Below are positions 36,825 through 49,024 of a stretch of DNA of 64,000 bases, piece by piece. Both the position numbers and the translations under genes were made by a program. The first letter of the stretch is position 1. Each line of letters starts with the position of its first letter. Origin of the DNA: Centroscyllium fabricii (Eukaryota); NCBI GenBank assembly GCA_051313645.2, contig JBNRSN020000014.1, forward strand, positions 103,230,001-103,294,000, in the 5' to 3' direction. The notes under the pieces were generated by a model. The model did no database searches. It was given only the letters and a program-made list of their open reading frames with translations, and was not told where the DNA came from.

Positions 36825-37416
36825 GGCCCAGAAATTGCGACCGACCCGAGTGAGTATGCACTGGGTACTCACCCGTAGGCCCATCCGAAGTGCCGATTTC
36901 ATGCATGCACAGCGCATGTGCGCTAAAACCGGCACTTCCGATACCCTGAAAGAAGGGGACGGGTCGGAACACGTGCGCGGCAGCGCGTGCGCAATGCACT
37001 TGTGATTTTCTTTTTACAGGTTTTTATCCGGGTAAGTATTTGGAAAAAGTTACATCTCCTATTTTGAAGTGCAAAGACCCCTTTTCAGCAGGTAAGTGGT
37101 GAATTAATTCAATTAAAAAAAAAAAGTCCACAAGTTTTTCATTTTTAAATACTTTAAAGAAAGGTAAGTTGATTTTTAGCCCCGTTATCTACTTTAATTA
37201 TTTTTTTCAAAATTTTAAATTTTTGTTTAAAATAGCTAATTTATGTAATTGATAGTTATTTAAAAAAATGTGATGTTGTTTAAAATGTAGTTTAAGATTT
37301 ACAGAGGTTTTGGGGTTGTAGTATTCATAAGTTTGACAGGTCTTCCTGTCAAACTTATGAATGGAGCATTCAGAGCTCCGATTTGCTCCCCGCGGCCAAT
37401 GTGAACCCGCGCGAAG
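36825..37416 (+). mobile_element. Harbinger-like MITE type 1, cut by an LTR
   Basis: ATT + GGCCCAGAAATT end; colinear with 1003-1434. Confidence 0.75.
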
Positions 37417-38153
37417 TGTCGAAGCCTCGACTCCCGAGTAAGACTCTTTTAGACAAAGTATCGTCAAAGATAGGCTTTATTATTTTACTTGCAGCAAGGG
37501 GAGGGCATGTAGTCAATGGCTACGCTGACCACTCCAAAGAATAAGCGAAATGTTACATATTTATACACAAAAAGAGCAGGCATTCTATATCACATGACAT
37601 GGTACTGAACCATAATTAAAAATAGAGTTTGCAAAATAACTAAAAGAACTTATTCAAGGATTCGTTAAAGGTTCGAACAGAAATACCTTAAGATAAGACT
37701 GGCTAATCCTTTGTTATGGGATCTTTCTGTTTTTCCTAAAAGTACCGTTTGGAGTTAGGGCTGATGTTTATTTACACATGTCCTTGGCTATGAGACTCCT
37801 TGGTCCTTTGTACATTCTAAGCTTATCTACTGATTGGGAACTCTCTATTAAGAACATAAGAACATAAGAAATAGGAGCAGGAGTAGGCCAATCGGCCCCT
37901 CGAGCCTGCTCCGCCATTCAACAAGATCATGGCTGATCTGATCCCAACCTCAATTTTATTTTAACTTTCCATCCCACCCAAACACATTCTTGAATTGTCT
38001 CCTCTCTATTCTGCATTCTTGAATTGTCTCGTCCTTGTTTTAAACTGCGAAAAACTAGTAAGCTAATTAGGTGCATCATGGTATAGGCCATTTTGAGTCT
38101 TATACTGTGTCCAGAAAGCCATTTTGTGTTCATATAAAAAATATACTTCCACA
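37417..38153 (-). mobile_element. ERV-like 3' LTR with PPT, containing a CR1 tail insert (about 37850-37985)
   Basis: Minus strand AAAAATGGGGGAA|TGTGGAAG...CTTCGACA; TATAAAT then AATAAA. Confidence 0.65.
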
Positions 38154-38204
38154 TTCCCCCATTTTTGTCCTTACCAGGACAATATAGCTTAAACAACTCT
38201 TTCA

Positions 38205-38572
38205 GTTCTTCTTTAAAATAGGTAATTTATGTTAGTTAGAGTATTGTTAAAAAATGTGGTGTTTTTTTAATTTTATTTTTGTATTTAGATGTGTTTTTGA
38301 AACTCTTCCTTTCCATAACTTACACAGATTTCTCCGTGTAAGTTATGAATGGAGGATTGCTTCCATTCATTGGCTCCCTGCAGATCATGTGGTCGCACGC
38401 GAGATCTCTCACTAATTACACCGTTCAGTTGCACCAGCATGGCGCTTGGAGCTTGCAGCAGCTGTACAACTCGGGATTTCACATCCCATAATTGCAAAAC
38501 GACAGAAGTGCAGGGTAAGTGTACCTTGGAGCCTTGCACTCGCAGGAAGGCTCCAAGGCTAATTTTTGGGCC
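38205..38572 (-). mobile_element. Part of Harbinger-like MITE type 2
   Basis: Inverted homolog of 51693-52050; ends TAATTTTTGGGCC + ATT. Confidence 0.65.
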
Positions 38573-39140
38573 ATTACATTTGGTCCCCTCATCCAAATCA
38601 TTGATGTAGATTGTGAATAGCTGAGGCCCAATCACTGATCCTTGCAATACCCCACTTGTTATAGCTTGCCAACCCTAAAATGACCTGTTTATTCCTACTA
38701 TGGGAGTACCTTCACCACACGGACTGCAGCGGTTCAAGAAGGTGCTCACTACTAACTTCTCAAGGGCAATTAGGGATGGGCAATAAATGCTGGCTTTGCC
38801 AGCAATGCCCACATACCATGAATGAATAAAAAATAGTAGGGTTGGTAACTAGAGGACACAGATTTAAGCTAATTGGCAAAAGAGCTGCAGGTGAGATGAG
38901 GAGAGGTTTTTTTAAGCAGCGATGTGTTATGATCTAGAATATACTGCCTGAAAGGGAGGTGGAAGCAACTTCAATAATAACTATCAAAGGGATTTGGATA
39001 AATTCTTGAAGGGGAAAAAAATTTCATGGCTTCGGATAAAGAGTGGCGGAGTGGGACTAATTGGATCGCTCTTTCAAAGAGCCAGCACAGGCAGGATGGG
39101 CTGAATGGTCTCCTTCTGTGCTGTAAGATTCTATGATTTC
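38573..39140. mobile_element. Cluster of short LINE fragments (CR1 RT, family B tail, CR1 tail)
   Basis: Homology to in-window copies. Confidence 0.75.
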
Positions 39141-39208
39141 TGTTGGGTGTTTGGATCACATAGGTCACTTCAACAGGAGAATAATTGAAAATGTTTTGAT
39201 AGAACCGT

Positions 39209-39999
39209 GGGGTTTTCCCGAAGGTGCGGGGACCTGGCGGGTTTTGGTCGGGTTGGGTTTCTGGCCTGGCCGCCCAAGGGCCTGGAAACCCGACGCAATT
39301 TACCCATAATTGGTCAATTAATTCCCCGCGTGCGGGAAGCCACTTCCAATTGCCTGACTCGATCGGCAATCAACACGTTGCAGCTGGGAGCGAGGACTTT
39401 GAGTGACAGTTCTAGGGACTGTCTGTTGTCAGTTGCCAGGGAAACACACTATTGTGACATCGCAATGTGCAACCAATCGCAAAGCCCAAGTGTGCTGAGT
39501 GACAGGTGCACGGACGCGCTGGAAATCTTTCACAGTTAGGGACCATCTCTCTATCCATCTGTCAAGATTAATTTTTAAGGTTTTTCTCCACAGATGGCCC
39601 TCAAAAAAGGGAGCCACTTACACCTCCAGGGTGTTGAAGGCCTGGAAAGCATTCTGCTCTAGGTCCTTCAATGCCTTGAAGGTGAAAGTGACCAAGGCCA
39701 CTGTGATCCCACTGAGTTTCACCAGCGGGGTTTCTGGATGGCGGGGTTTGGGTGGGAATGTGTTTAAAATAGGTGAGGGCCCTTAAAATGGGATTATTCA
39801 GTCCAATTAAGGGCCCTCAATTAACTGAACGAGCATCCCCGCCGGCGGCGGGCGGGAAAGATTCGGGACGGCTGGACACGCCGCCCGAAACTTACAAGCC
39901 GGCAGCAATCTGGCGGGGGGTGGGGTCAGGACCCCCCTGGTTTCGTGATTTTAGGCCCCACCTCGCTGGAAAGCCGCCCTCACGGACCCGCAAAAAATT
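39209..39999 (-). mobile_element. GGGGG-TIR MITE family copy
   Basis: Inverted homolog of 46395-47180. Confidence 0.75.
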
Positions 40000-40482
40000 T
40001 AACAATACTAAGATCTAAATTCCATCTATGAGAATGCTGGAGCTGTAGTAAATAAAGTCCAGTTTAAATTACAGATTATTCTACTTTAGGGAAAGCAGAA
40101 ATACTAATCATGAGCAATCACATTTTAAAAACTCCTAGGACATCATTTCTTCTGCAATTATTGGCTCTCATTAATTATTCTTTCTCATCTCAACTATGCA
40201 GTGCATTTGGAGCCCCCATGCTCACCTTGTTGTCAGGTCAAATTTAACCACGGATAAGGAAAAGTATTGATGGGGAACAAATCCCAAAACTGCAGAATAT
40301 GGAGACCCGTCCCGTAAAACCAACTCATGCAAGGAGCAAAATGTAGCAAATGCACATGAAACTCGATAAACAATCTTCAAAAGTCTATCTTCTTTCTTGA
40401 AAGGCCTGCTCAAACAGGCAATTTCCTGAGACTTTCGCTGTGCTCGACTTCGACCGGTGAGGCTTGTGGGGTGAGCATCACC

Positions 40483-40490
40483 TGACGTCA
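40483..40490. promoter_or_regulatory. Consensus CRE site in non-repetitive sequence
   Basis: TGACGTCA with local CpG retention; function not shown. Confidence 0.3.
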
Positions 40491-40917
40491 TAAAATTTGA
40501 ATCCCAAACTTTTCAATTCCATTTTCTCTGTGTGCGCTCATTCTGCAGTTTCATTATTTTAGTTCCAGATCACGCCTTGTAAACTCAGGTCTGAACAAAT
40601 TGGGCAGGTGAGATTCTTATGACCTCCGAGTGCAGAGTGGGAGTGAGGCTTTGCCGGAGGTGCAGGGACTTGCCCAATTTATACTATAGTACGGGTTTGG
40701 ATACATTCTTCAGTTGACAAAGATCCACAAATTAACTTGTTTTTTCTTGGTCTATTTTTATTTTTTTAAAGTTCAATTGCTTAATGTGCAGTGAATTGTT
40801 GTCCAGGCATGAAAGTCTGCCCTCCTTGGGAGAACCTTGAATAAAGGCCTACAGGAATAAGATTGGAATTGCTTCCCACATTAAAAAAATAAGACCACCC
40901 AAAATATTTGGTGGTTG

Positions 40918-42361
40918 CAGGGTGACACAAAAATAAAAAAAATTCACTTGCCCAATCGGGCAAGTGGATTTCTAAAACACTTGCCCGAACACAAATTTCA
41001 CTTGCCCAAAATTTTTAAAGAAATAAATAAAGATTTTACATTTTTATTAAAATGCTTCAATATAAAACCATAGATTGTGATTGTGCCTTTAGTTGCATTG
41101 GCCTGGTTTCAGCCCCTCTCTGCCAGGGTCTCTCTCTCTACTCTGAACATTCTTCCCTCATTTACCAAACTTTCTGTGAAGCCTCCGCAGGTCGCGGACT
41201 CCCTCACTCTCTTGCCCTGCCTAATTCGTCCAGCAGCTGCTTTGGTTTTTACTCTCCCCCTCAGCGGGTCGACAGCACCGACCCACTCTTCCCGCGTGCC
41301 ACCAGCCCGCTCTACCTAACCCGACTGCTGCCCCGTCCCCTGATTGACACGCCACCTCCTCCAATTCCTGCCGCGCCACCTGGCCCTCCCAGCCAATACG
41401 CACCCGCTTCCAGGGCAGGATCCACCCACCCATGCCCGTGGCCTCGATCATCAAGCGGGCAAGCGGTTTTGTCGTGCCCTGGACTGTCCCTTGATTCGGT
41501 CTCTGGGTTTCAGCATCCCTGGATTCAGTCTCTGGGTGTCAGTGTCCCTAGATTCGGTCTCTGGGTGCCAGTGTCCCTGGATTCGGTCTCTGGGTGCCAG
41601 TGTCCCTGGATTCGGTTTCTGGGTGCCAGTGTCCCTGGATTCAGTCTCTGGGTGCCAGTGTCCCTGGATTCAGTCTCTGGGTGCCAGTGTCCCTGGATTC
41701 GGTCTCTGGGTGCTAGTGTCCCTGGATTTGGTCTATGGGTGCCAGTGTCCCTGGATTCAGTTTCTGGGTGACAGTGTCCCTGGATTCAGTTTCTGGGTGA
41801 CAGTGTCCCTGGATTCGGTCTCTGGGTGCCAGTGTCCCTGGATTTGGTCTCTGGGTGTCAGTGTCCCTGAATTCGGCGGACTGGTGACCTGTACCCCTAA
41901 TGGGATATGCATCAGAGCTCTGTCGACCACGGACAAGCCCCACCCCCCGGGACACACACTGGAAAAGTTGCCACTCTGCTCGCACTGCGGCCACGTGACA
42001 TGGGCTTGGCTCCGTAAGTTCAAAGGTTCCCCTCTGCCACGGACGCAGTGAAGTGAGCTGAGGTGTTGCAGCGCCGAGCGGCGGGTGGCCGGCTGGATCA
42101 AGTTATGATTGGCCGAGCAGGGGCGGGGCGCAGCGCAGCACGAGAAAACTGCTGGGCTGTGATCGACCGAGCTCGGGCGGGGCAGAGTTTAAAATCAATC
42201 GGCCGAGGCGCGTCCGCCTCCAGGGCGGGATCCACCCACCTGTTCCCACGGCCTCACTCATCGATGTGATCGGACTTGCCCGGTCGGGCAAGTAAGATTT
42301 TCATTTACTTGCCCGGTGGCGCATTTTACCTGCCCCGGGCAAGCAGTTTTGTCACGCCCTG
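40918..42361. mobile_element. hAT-like non-autonomous element with 5-bp TSD
   Basis: TIRs CAGGGTGACACAAAA / TTTTGTCACGCCCTG; subterminal ACTTGCCC repeats; GGTTG on both sides. Confidence 0.7.
41483..41875. repeat. 29-bp minisatellite
   Basis: GTGTCCCTGGATTCGGTCTCTGGGTGCCA, about 13 copies. Confidence 0.95.
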
Positions 42362-42629
42362 GGTTGGATACCCTTCACCCACAGAATGATCCAATTAATA
42401 CATTATTTGTTTCTTGTTGCTCTTTACCGTAATATATACTATTATTGTGAATTTAATGAAGCAAATTATTGTGGCAATAGTTTTGCAACAAGGTAGATTT
42501 GATCATAATTTTATTTACTTACCAAAGAATATGTTCACATAAGGCATCATATTCTTACGGCATAACATTATTAGCTTAATTAGTAAGGGTACAACTCTTG
42601 CAATAAACAGGCACCATATCAGCTTGTTG

Positions 42630-43073
42630 GCCAAATCTCGTTCACCCATCACCCCTGTGCTCGCTGACCTACATTGGCTCTCAGTTAAGAAATGCCCCGA
42701 TTTTGTTTTTTAATTCTCATTGTTGTTTTCAAATCCCTCTGTGGCCTCGCCCCTCCCTATCTCTGTAATCTGCTCCAGTCCTACAATCCTCCCCAATATC
42801 TGTGCTCCTCCAATTCTGGCCTCTTCAGCATCCCCGATTTTTAACGTTCCATCATTGGCAGCCGAGCCTTCAGCTGCCAAGGCCCTAAGCTCTGGAATTC
42901 CCTCTCTGGCTCTCTACCTCTCTTCTCCTTAAGATATTCCTTAAAACCGTTCTCTTTGACCAAGCTTTTGGTCACCTGCCCTAAAATCTACTTAAGTGGT
43001 TTGATGGCAAATAGCGCTCCTGCGAAACACTTTGTACGTTTCCTTACTTGAAAGGTGCTAAATAAATACAAGT
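42630..43073 (+). mobile_element. L2 LINE 3' fragment
   Basis: Homologous to 150-994. Confidence 0.8.
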
Positions 43074-44740
43074 GGGGGAATTTTCCTCGGTCTGGGAGGG
43101 TGGAAATCCGGCGGGGCTGGACCTAAAATCACGGAACCGGAGGTCCCTCCCCCTTCCGCCGATCGCCGCCGGCTTGTAAGTTTCGGGGGGCATGTTCCGC
43201 CGTCCTGAAACTTTCCCGCCCGCCGCCGGCGGGGATGCTAGTTGAAGTAGTTGAGGGCCCTTAATTGGTCTGCATAATGCCATTTTAAGGGCCCTCACCT
43301 ATTTTCCACCCCTTCCCACCCAAAGCCCGCCATCCTGAAACCCTGCTGGTGAAACCCAGTGGGAGCACAGTGGTCTTGGTAACTTTCTCCTTCAAGGTGT
43401 TGAAAGACCTCGAGCAAAATGCTTTGCAGGCCTTCAACACCCTGGAGGTGTAAGTGACTCCCTTGGGTGAAGACCAGCTGTGGGAAAAACTTAAAAATCT
43501 TACCTGACAGCTCCGTTGACAGCCGGTCCCTAGCTGTCAAAGATTTACAGCCCGCCCACCCACCTGTCACTCAGAGCACTTGGCCTTTCCCATTGGTTAC
43601 ACTCCACTGTGATGTTACAGTGGAGTGTTTCCATGGGAACTGTAAACACACGGGGGAATTTTCCTCAAGGTGCGGGAACCTGGCGGGGATTGGTTGGGGT
43701 GGGTTCCTGTCCCGCCCGCCCAAGGACCTGGGAGGCCCATGCGATTTTGCCTTAATTGGCCACTTAAATCCCCGTTGGTCAGCGGCGTGGGGCGTCCTTG
43801 CAGATTCTGAATGACCAAGCGGGCTTTTGATTGACAGGCCTGAAGAGTTGTAATAGCTCAGAAACCACAAAGTCTGATTGACAGTTCTGAAGTGGTTGCT
43901 TTGTTTCAGTGTTGACAGAGCCATTGTGATGTCACAATCGCAATGTAAACACTTGAAATCACAAATCTCTCAGTCAGAATTTCAAGTGGACTGACTGGTT
44001 GTGGTTTCATTGGAATGTCAACAGAAATTGATCCCCTAGGTGATTGACAGATTGCTTCACAGACACAGCTCGCAGCGCGATCTGTTTGAATGGCTGGGAC
44101 GCATATGCAGGTAAGTGATTTCAAGTTATTTGGGCACTGAGGTTTATCACCCTTGGGTGCCAGCTGCACCTCCAGCATGGTGGAAGCTAGCAAGCTGCTG
44201 TGTGGGTGCTGTACCCATGCCTTGAAGGTGGCAGTCACCCAGCTGATTGGGTGCCCGCCAGCTTTCAACGGCAGGGTTCCTACCAGGCGGGTTTTGGGTG
44301 GGAAGAGGGGGAAAATAGCTGAGGGCCCTTAAAATAGGATTACCCACGCAATTAAGGGCCCTCAGCGAGCTCATTGAGCATCCCCGCCAGCGGCCGGTGG
44401 GAAACATTCGGGGCGGGAAAACCCGCCCGAGGAAAATGGCAATTCGGCGGGAATCCGGCGGGGTGGGTTCCCGCACGCCGGAATTGCCATTTTAGTCCCC
44501 GTCCCGCCAGAAACCCGCACTCAGGGACCCAGGAAAATCCCCCCCAACGTCCCCGCAGCTTTGTAATTGCCGACTCTAATTGCTGACTCGACTGAGGCAA
44601 TTACCAGGGGTTCCCCGCACGTGGGGATTTAATTGAGCAATTAAAGGAAAAAAGCGTCGGCTTTCCAGGCCCTTGGGCAGGTGGGACAGGAACCCACCCC
44701 GACCAATCCCCACCAGCTTCCCGCAGAGGGGAAATCCCCC
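43074..44740 (+). mobile_element. GGGGG-TIR MITE hosting a nested relative
   Basis: GGGGGAATTTTCC...GGAAATCCCCC; colinear with 46395-47180 once 43652-44543 is removed. Confidence 0.75.
43652..44543 (-). mobile_element. Nested GGGGG-TIR MITE (related subfamily)
   Basis: Own TIRs GGGGGAATTTTCC / GGAAAATCCCCC. Confidence 0.75.
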
Positions 44741-46394
44741 TCAAGTTGTTGCTGATGATGCCTTTCATTATTCTGCACAGCAGATTTGACTTGGTACGAA
44801 GGGCAAAAGACAATGCAGAGGCAAAAAAAATGTGCTGGCTTTGTATTTTGTGGTGAGATAGGGAGGGCTTATGTTGTATTTAACCTGAAGAAATATTCAG
44901 GAGAACCAAAATAGTAAAAGGTAGAAGCGCGATTAGAAGATATTATTCAAAATTGCCTGAAAATTAAAAGCAAATTTTCAGTCCAACAGTGGTTCAACTT
45001 TTTGTTAATGGCAAGCACACAGGGTTAAACAGTTTCTGGATTGCCAGCAGTCTGGGAGTATCCACTGAAAATCACCTATATATGCAGGATTGGCAGGCTG
45101 TCAGTTCTATCAATTGGACCTTCAAGCTCAGAACAATTATTAACTAACCAGAACGGCTTAGGGATAGCAGTCATTAATATGGATGCCAAGAAGAAAAATT
45201 AGGATAAGTAGCCCACTCTAAAGATATGTCTGGAGACTATTAGCAACTTTTGTTTACTCTGCAAATTGTTGTTCTCATGGGATCGGTAATAAATAACATT
45301 GATTTCTGTGCCCAGTGTTCGCACACTTCATGATTTTAAAAGCAATCTCCTAAATATATCACCATCAAATCCTGTTAGAAAAGCAAGCTTTCTATACATG
45401 GAAACCTTCATTTCCTTTCATAAGCAGGTCATTCATATTTCCAGATATTTATATCTTGATGCTTAACATTATAAATTGTTAATCACAGAGGCACACCATT
45501 TTTGACAAAAAAACTTTAATTTTTAGTGTCTCAAAATGAGTTTAAATGATAATCAAGATTATTGTCCTTAAGCATTGCATGATGTGTTCTGCAAGAATTT
45601 TACATTCACTAAAATTTCAGGAATAAACATCAGCAACTGATCTTGAATTAACTGTTCCATTTTTACATAGATTGTAATTTATGCACACTGATACAACTGA
45701 AGGGCAAAAGTGCAACTGCAGGTATTAATCACTCAGTAGTGCACATGAATACTGTCTTGCTAAAACTCTGTTTCATGTACTAAAGTTATCATTCTCATAA
45801 TATCTTTTGATATGACTTATGAAACAGCAGTACAGTATTCTTCTGAATTATATTTTAATGGCATGCAACATCACAAAATAATTAATATTAGCCTCTTTAA
45901 CTTGGCAGTTTAATTTGCAACTGGCATCCATATCATGCGCACACCAAGTACAATACTCGATGCTTCAATTTAAACACTGCGGTGTAATTTTATTCAATCA
46001 GTTAGGTCACAATGGTCGATGATCTCAGCACCATGACTTTCATCCTGTATCAAACTCATTGATAAAATGCCGCTCCTGATGAGGAAGTTAGAGATAAACA
46101 GCGTGCATTTATTTAGCATCTTTCAGACCTTCAAGGGCATCCCAAAGTGTTTCACAGCCAATTAATTGTTTTTGAGAGTAGCTTTTAACTTTCGGCGGTA
46201 GTGGAAAATGGTGGCAGTGGATTGGCCTCCCATTTACATCCCATCTGATTTCCCTTCCATTGACTGATGGATAGGAAAATCAGGCAGGGTATATGAGGTG
46301 CCGCCAATCTGTTACCTTCGATTAATGTCTCATCCAAAAAATGGTACTTCCAACAATGCAGCACTCCTTCAGTGCTGTATTGAAGTCTTAGGGG

Positions 46395-47180
46395 GGGGGA
46401 TTTTCCTCGGTCCGTGAGGGTGGCTTTCTGGCGGGGCGGGGCCTAAAATCACAGAGCTGGTGGTCCCGCCCCCCCCCTCCCGCTGGATCGCCGCAGGCTT
46501 GTCAGTTTCAGGTGACGTGTCCTGCCGTCCCGAAACTTTCCTGCCCGCCACCGGTGGGGATGCGCGTTTAAGTAATTGAGGTCCCTTAATTGGTCTGGAT
46601 AATGCCATTTTAAGGGCCCTCACCTATTTTCCAGCCCTTTCCACCCAAACCCCGCCATCCTGAAACCCCGCTGGTGAAACCCAGCGGCCTTGGTCACTTT
46701 CTCCTTCAAGGTATTGAAGGACCTAGAGCAGAATGCTTTCCAGGCCTTCAACACCCTGGAGGTGTAAGTGACTCCCTTGGGTGAAGACCAGCTGTGGAGA
46801 AAGCACTTAAAATCCTTACCTTGGCAGATCCATTCAGAGACGCTCCCTGGCTGTCAAGGTTTTGCAGCCCGCCCGTCCACCTGTCAGTCAAAGCACTTGG
46901 CCTTTCCGATTGGTTGCACTCCATTGTGATGTCACAATGGAGTGTTTCCATGGGAACTGTCAACAGACAGTCCCTGGAACTGTCTGTCAAGCTCCTCGCA
47001 GCCTGCTGCAGCGCCTTGATTGCCGATTTGACTCAGGCAGTTACAAGTGGCTCCCCGCACGCAGGGATTTAATTGATTTTCAGCAAACTTTCGTTGGGTT
47101 TCCAGGCCCTTGGGCGGGCATGACAGAAACCCGACCCGACCAATCCCCACCAGGTTCTCGCACCTTCGGGGAAATCCCCC
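46395..47180 (+). mobile_element. GGGGG-TIR MITE, complete copy
   Basis: TIRs GGGGGATTTTCC / GGGGAAATCCCCC. Confidence 0.8.
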
Positions 47181-47263
47181 TCTTTGTCTGCATTGTGCCC
47201 CCTGCAGTGGGGCTTTGAACCACAACTGTCTGGCTCAGCAGTCTGAGTCAGGTTGGAAAGGAA

Positions 47264-47674
47264 CACAGAAACATAGAAACAAAGAAGATAGGAGCAGGAG
47301 TAGGCCATTCGGCCCTTCGAGTCTGCTCCGCCATTCAATGAGATCATGGCTGATCATCCAAACCCAGTACCCCATCCCTGCCTTGTCCCCATATCCCTCG
47401 ATCCCTATCGAGCCTGCACCGACACATATTCCACCCTATCCCCGTAACCCCACATATTTAATCCCCCTAACACTAAGGGTCAATTTATCATGGCCAATCA
47501 ACCTAACCCGCACATCTTTGGACTGTGGGAGGAAACCGGAGCACCCGGAGGAAACCCACGCAGACACGGGGAGAATGTGCAAACTCCACACAGATAGTAG
47601 CCGAGGCTGGATTTGAACCCGGGTCTCTAGTGCTGTAAGGCAACAGTGCTAACCACTATGCCACCGTGCTGCCC
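47264..47674 (-). mobile_element. Full-length HE1-like V-SINE
   Basis: tRNA head with A/B boxes (TGGCATAGTGG, GGTTCAAATCC), V core and CR1 tail. Confidence 0.9.
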
Positions 47675-48015
47675 TTGACATTCATAGATTAAGTAATTGA
47701 TAGATTAAGGCAAAACTGTGCAGATGGAGTTCAGTGCAGGGAAGTGTGAGGTGATCCACTTTGTACTGAAGAAAGGGAGCTCAGAGTATTTCCTAAATTA
47801 AGTTAGGGTCTGTGGAGGAGTAAAGAGATTTAGGTGCCCATGTACAGAAATCACTAAAAACTAGTGAACAGGTACACAAATAAATTAAAAAGGCTAATGG
47901 AATGTTAGACTTCATTGCGAGTGAGCTTGAATACAAAGCCGTGGAAGTTATGCTACAGTTATATAAATGCAAGAAGTCGCACAACACCAGGTTATAGTCC
48001 AAGTTTTATTTTAAA

Positions 48016-48052
48016 TCACAAGCTTTCGGAGCGCTGCTCCTTCATCAGGTGA
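48016..48052 (-). ncRNA. Minimal hammerhead ribozyme motif (inverted copy)
   Basis: UCAC-CUGAUGA-A-GGAG/CUCC stem-GAAA-GC-UU-GUGA. Confidence 0.7.
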
Positions 48053-48408
48053 AAGAGAAGTTGATTTAAAGAACGCACATATGGAAGGACTTCTTACAAA
48101 AACTCAGCACCCACGGACCAGTTGAACCAAGAACACTCCTTGCCACGATGGACATCTCGGCACTCTACACCAGTATCCCCCACGATGACGGCATTGCTGC
48201 AACAACTTCAGTACTCAACACCAACAACAGCCAATCTCCAGACATCATCCTACAACTCATCCGCTTCATCCTTGACCACAATGTTTTCACCTTCGACAAC
48301 AATTTTTTTACCCAAACACACGGAACAGCCATGGGGACCAAATTCGCACCCCAACACGCCAACATCTTCAGCCCTTCCATATGTGCTTTCTTTAAATCAA
48401 CTTCTCTT

Positions 48409-48445
48409 TCACCTGAGGAAGGAGAAGCGCTCCGAAAGCTTGTGA
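48409..48445 (+). ncRNA. Minimal hammerhead ribozyme motif
   Basis: UCAC-CUGAGGA-A-GGAG/CUCC stem-GAAA-GC-UU-GUGA. Confidence 0.7.
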
Positions 48446-49024
48446 TTTAAAATAAAACTTGGACTATAACCTGGTGTTGTGTGACTTCTTGCATTTGCCC
48501 ACCCCAGTCCAACACCGGCACCTACACATCACAGTTATATAAAGCTCTGGTTGGACCATATATTGAAGACTGCATTCAATTCTGGGCACCGCAACTCTGG
48601 AATGATATACTGGCCTTGGAGGGGATGCAGTGCAGATTCACCGGAATGATACCGGGGCCAAAAGGGTTAAATGTATTACTCTCCTGAGAGCGTGGGTAGA
48701 ATTGTAGAAGTTTGCTGTGTCTGACAAAACTTTGCCATAACTTGGGGGGTCTCGACTTCAACATCCTGGGAGAGTAACTGATACAGCGAGAAGATCCTGC
48801 GATGCGGGAGCCGGAACAGAAGGGCACAGCACATGCGCAGAAGCCAAGCGTTCTACAGGGCTGTCAGACAAGAACTGGTGGCACAGTCTTTCACCCAATG
48901 TGCTCCCCCATCCCCCCACATCAGACCTCCTCAGCAGAAGTTGAAAGCAGAAGGTGACCCAGGCTCAGATCTCATCAAATTCAAATAAGATTATTGCAAA
49001 TTGTTAACAACAAATAGACCATTT

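Larger units (their letters stand above)
47968..48530 (+). mobile_element. Penelope-like element: inverted pseudo-LTR arms around an RT fragment
   Basis: MDISALYTSIP..GTAMGTKFAP..ANIF; about 123-bp inverted arms; 13-bp TSD ACAGTTATATAAA. Confidence 0.85.
47690..48675 (+). mobile_element. Old CR1 RT fragment split by a Penelope-like element
   Basis: QLYKALV..QFWAP motif continuous across the insertion. Confidence 0.75.

Noticed and set aside
40222-40491. 89-aa ORF as a protein-coding exon
   Set aside because: No recognisable protein similarity; kept only as a non-coding exon candidate
41483-41875. CRISPR-like array or repetitive ORFs (239 and 235 aa)
   Set aside because: Head-to-tail 29-bp units with no spacers; ORFs are by-products of the minisatellite
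47600-47674. tRNA genes at SINE heads (also 58153, 59620, 55740)
   Set aside because: Fused to SINE core and LINE tail; not free tRNAs
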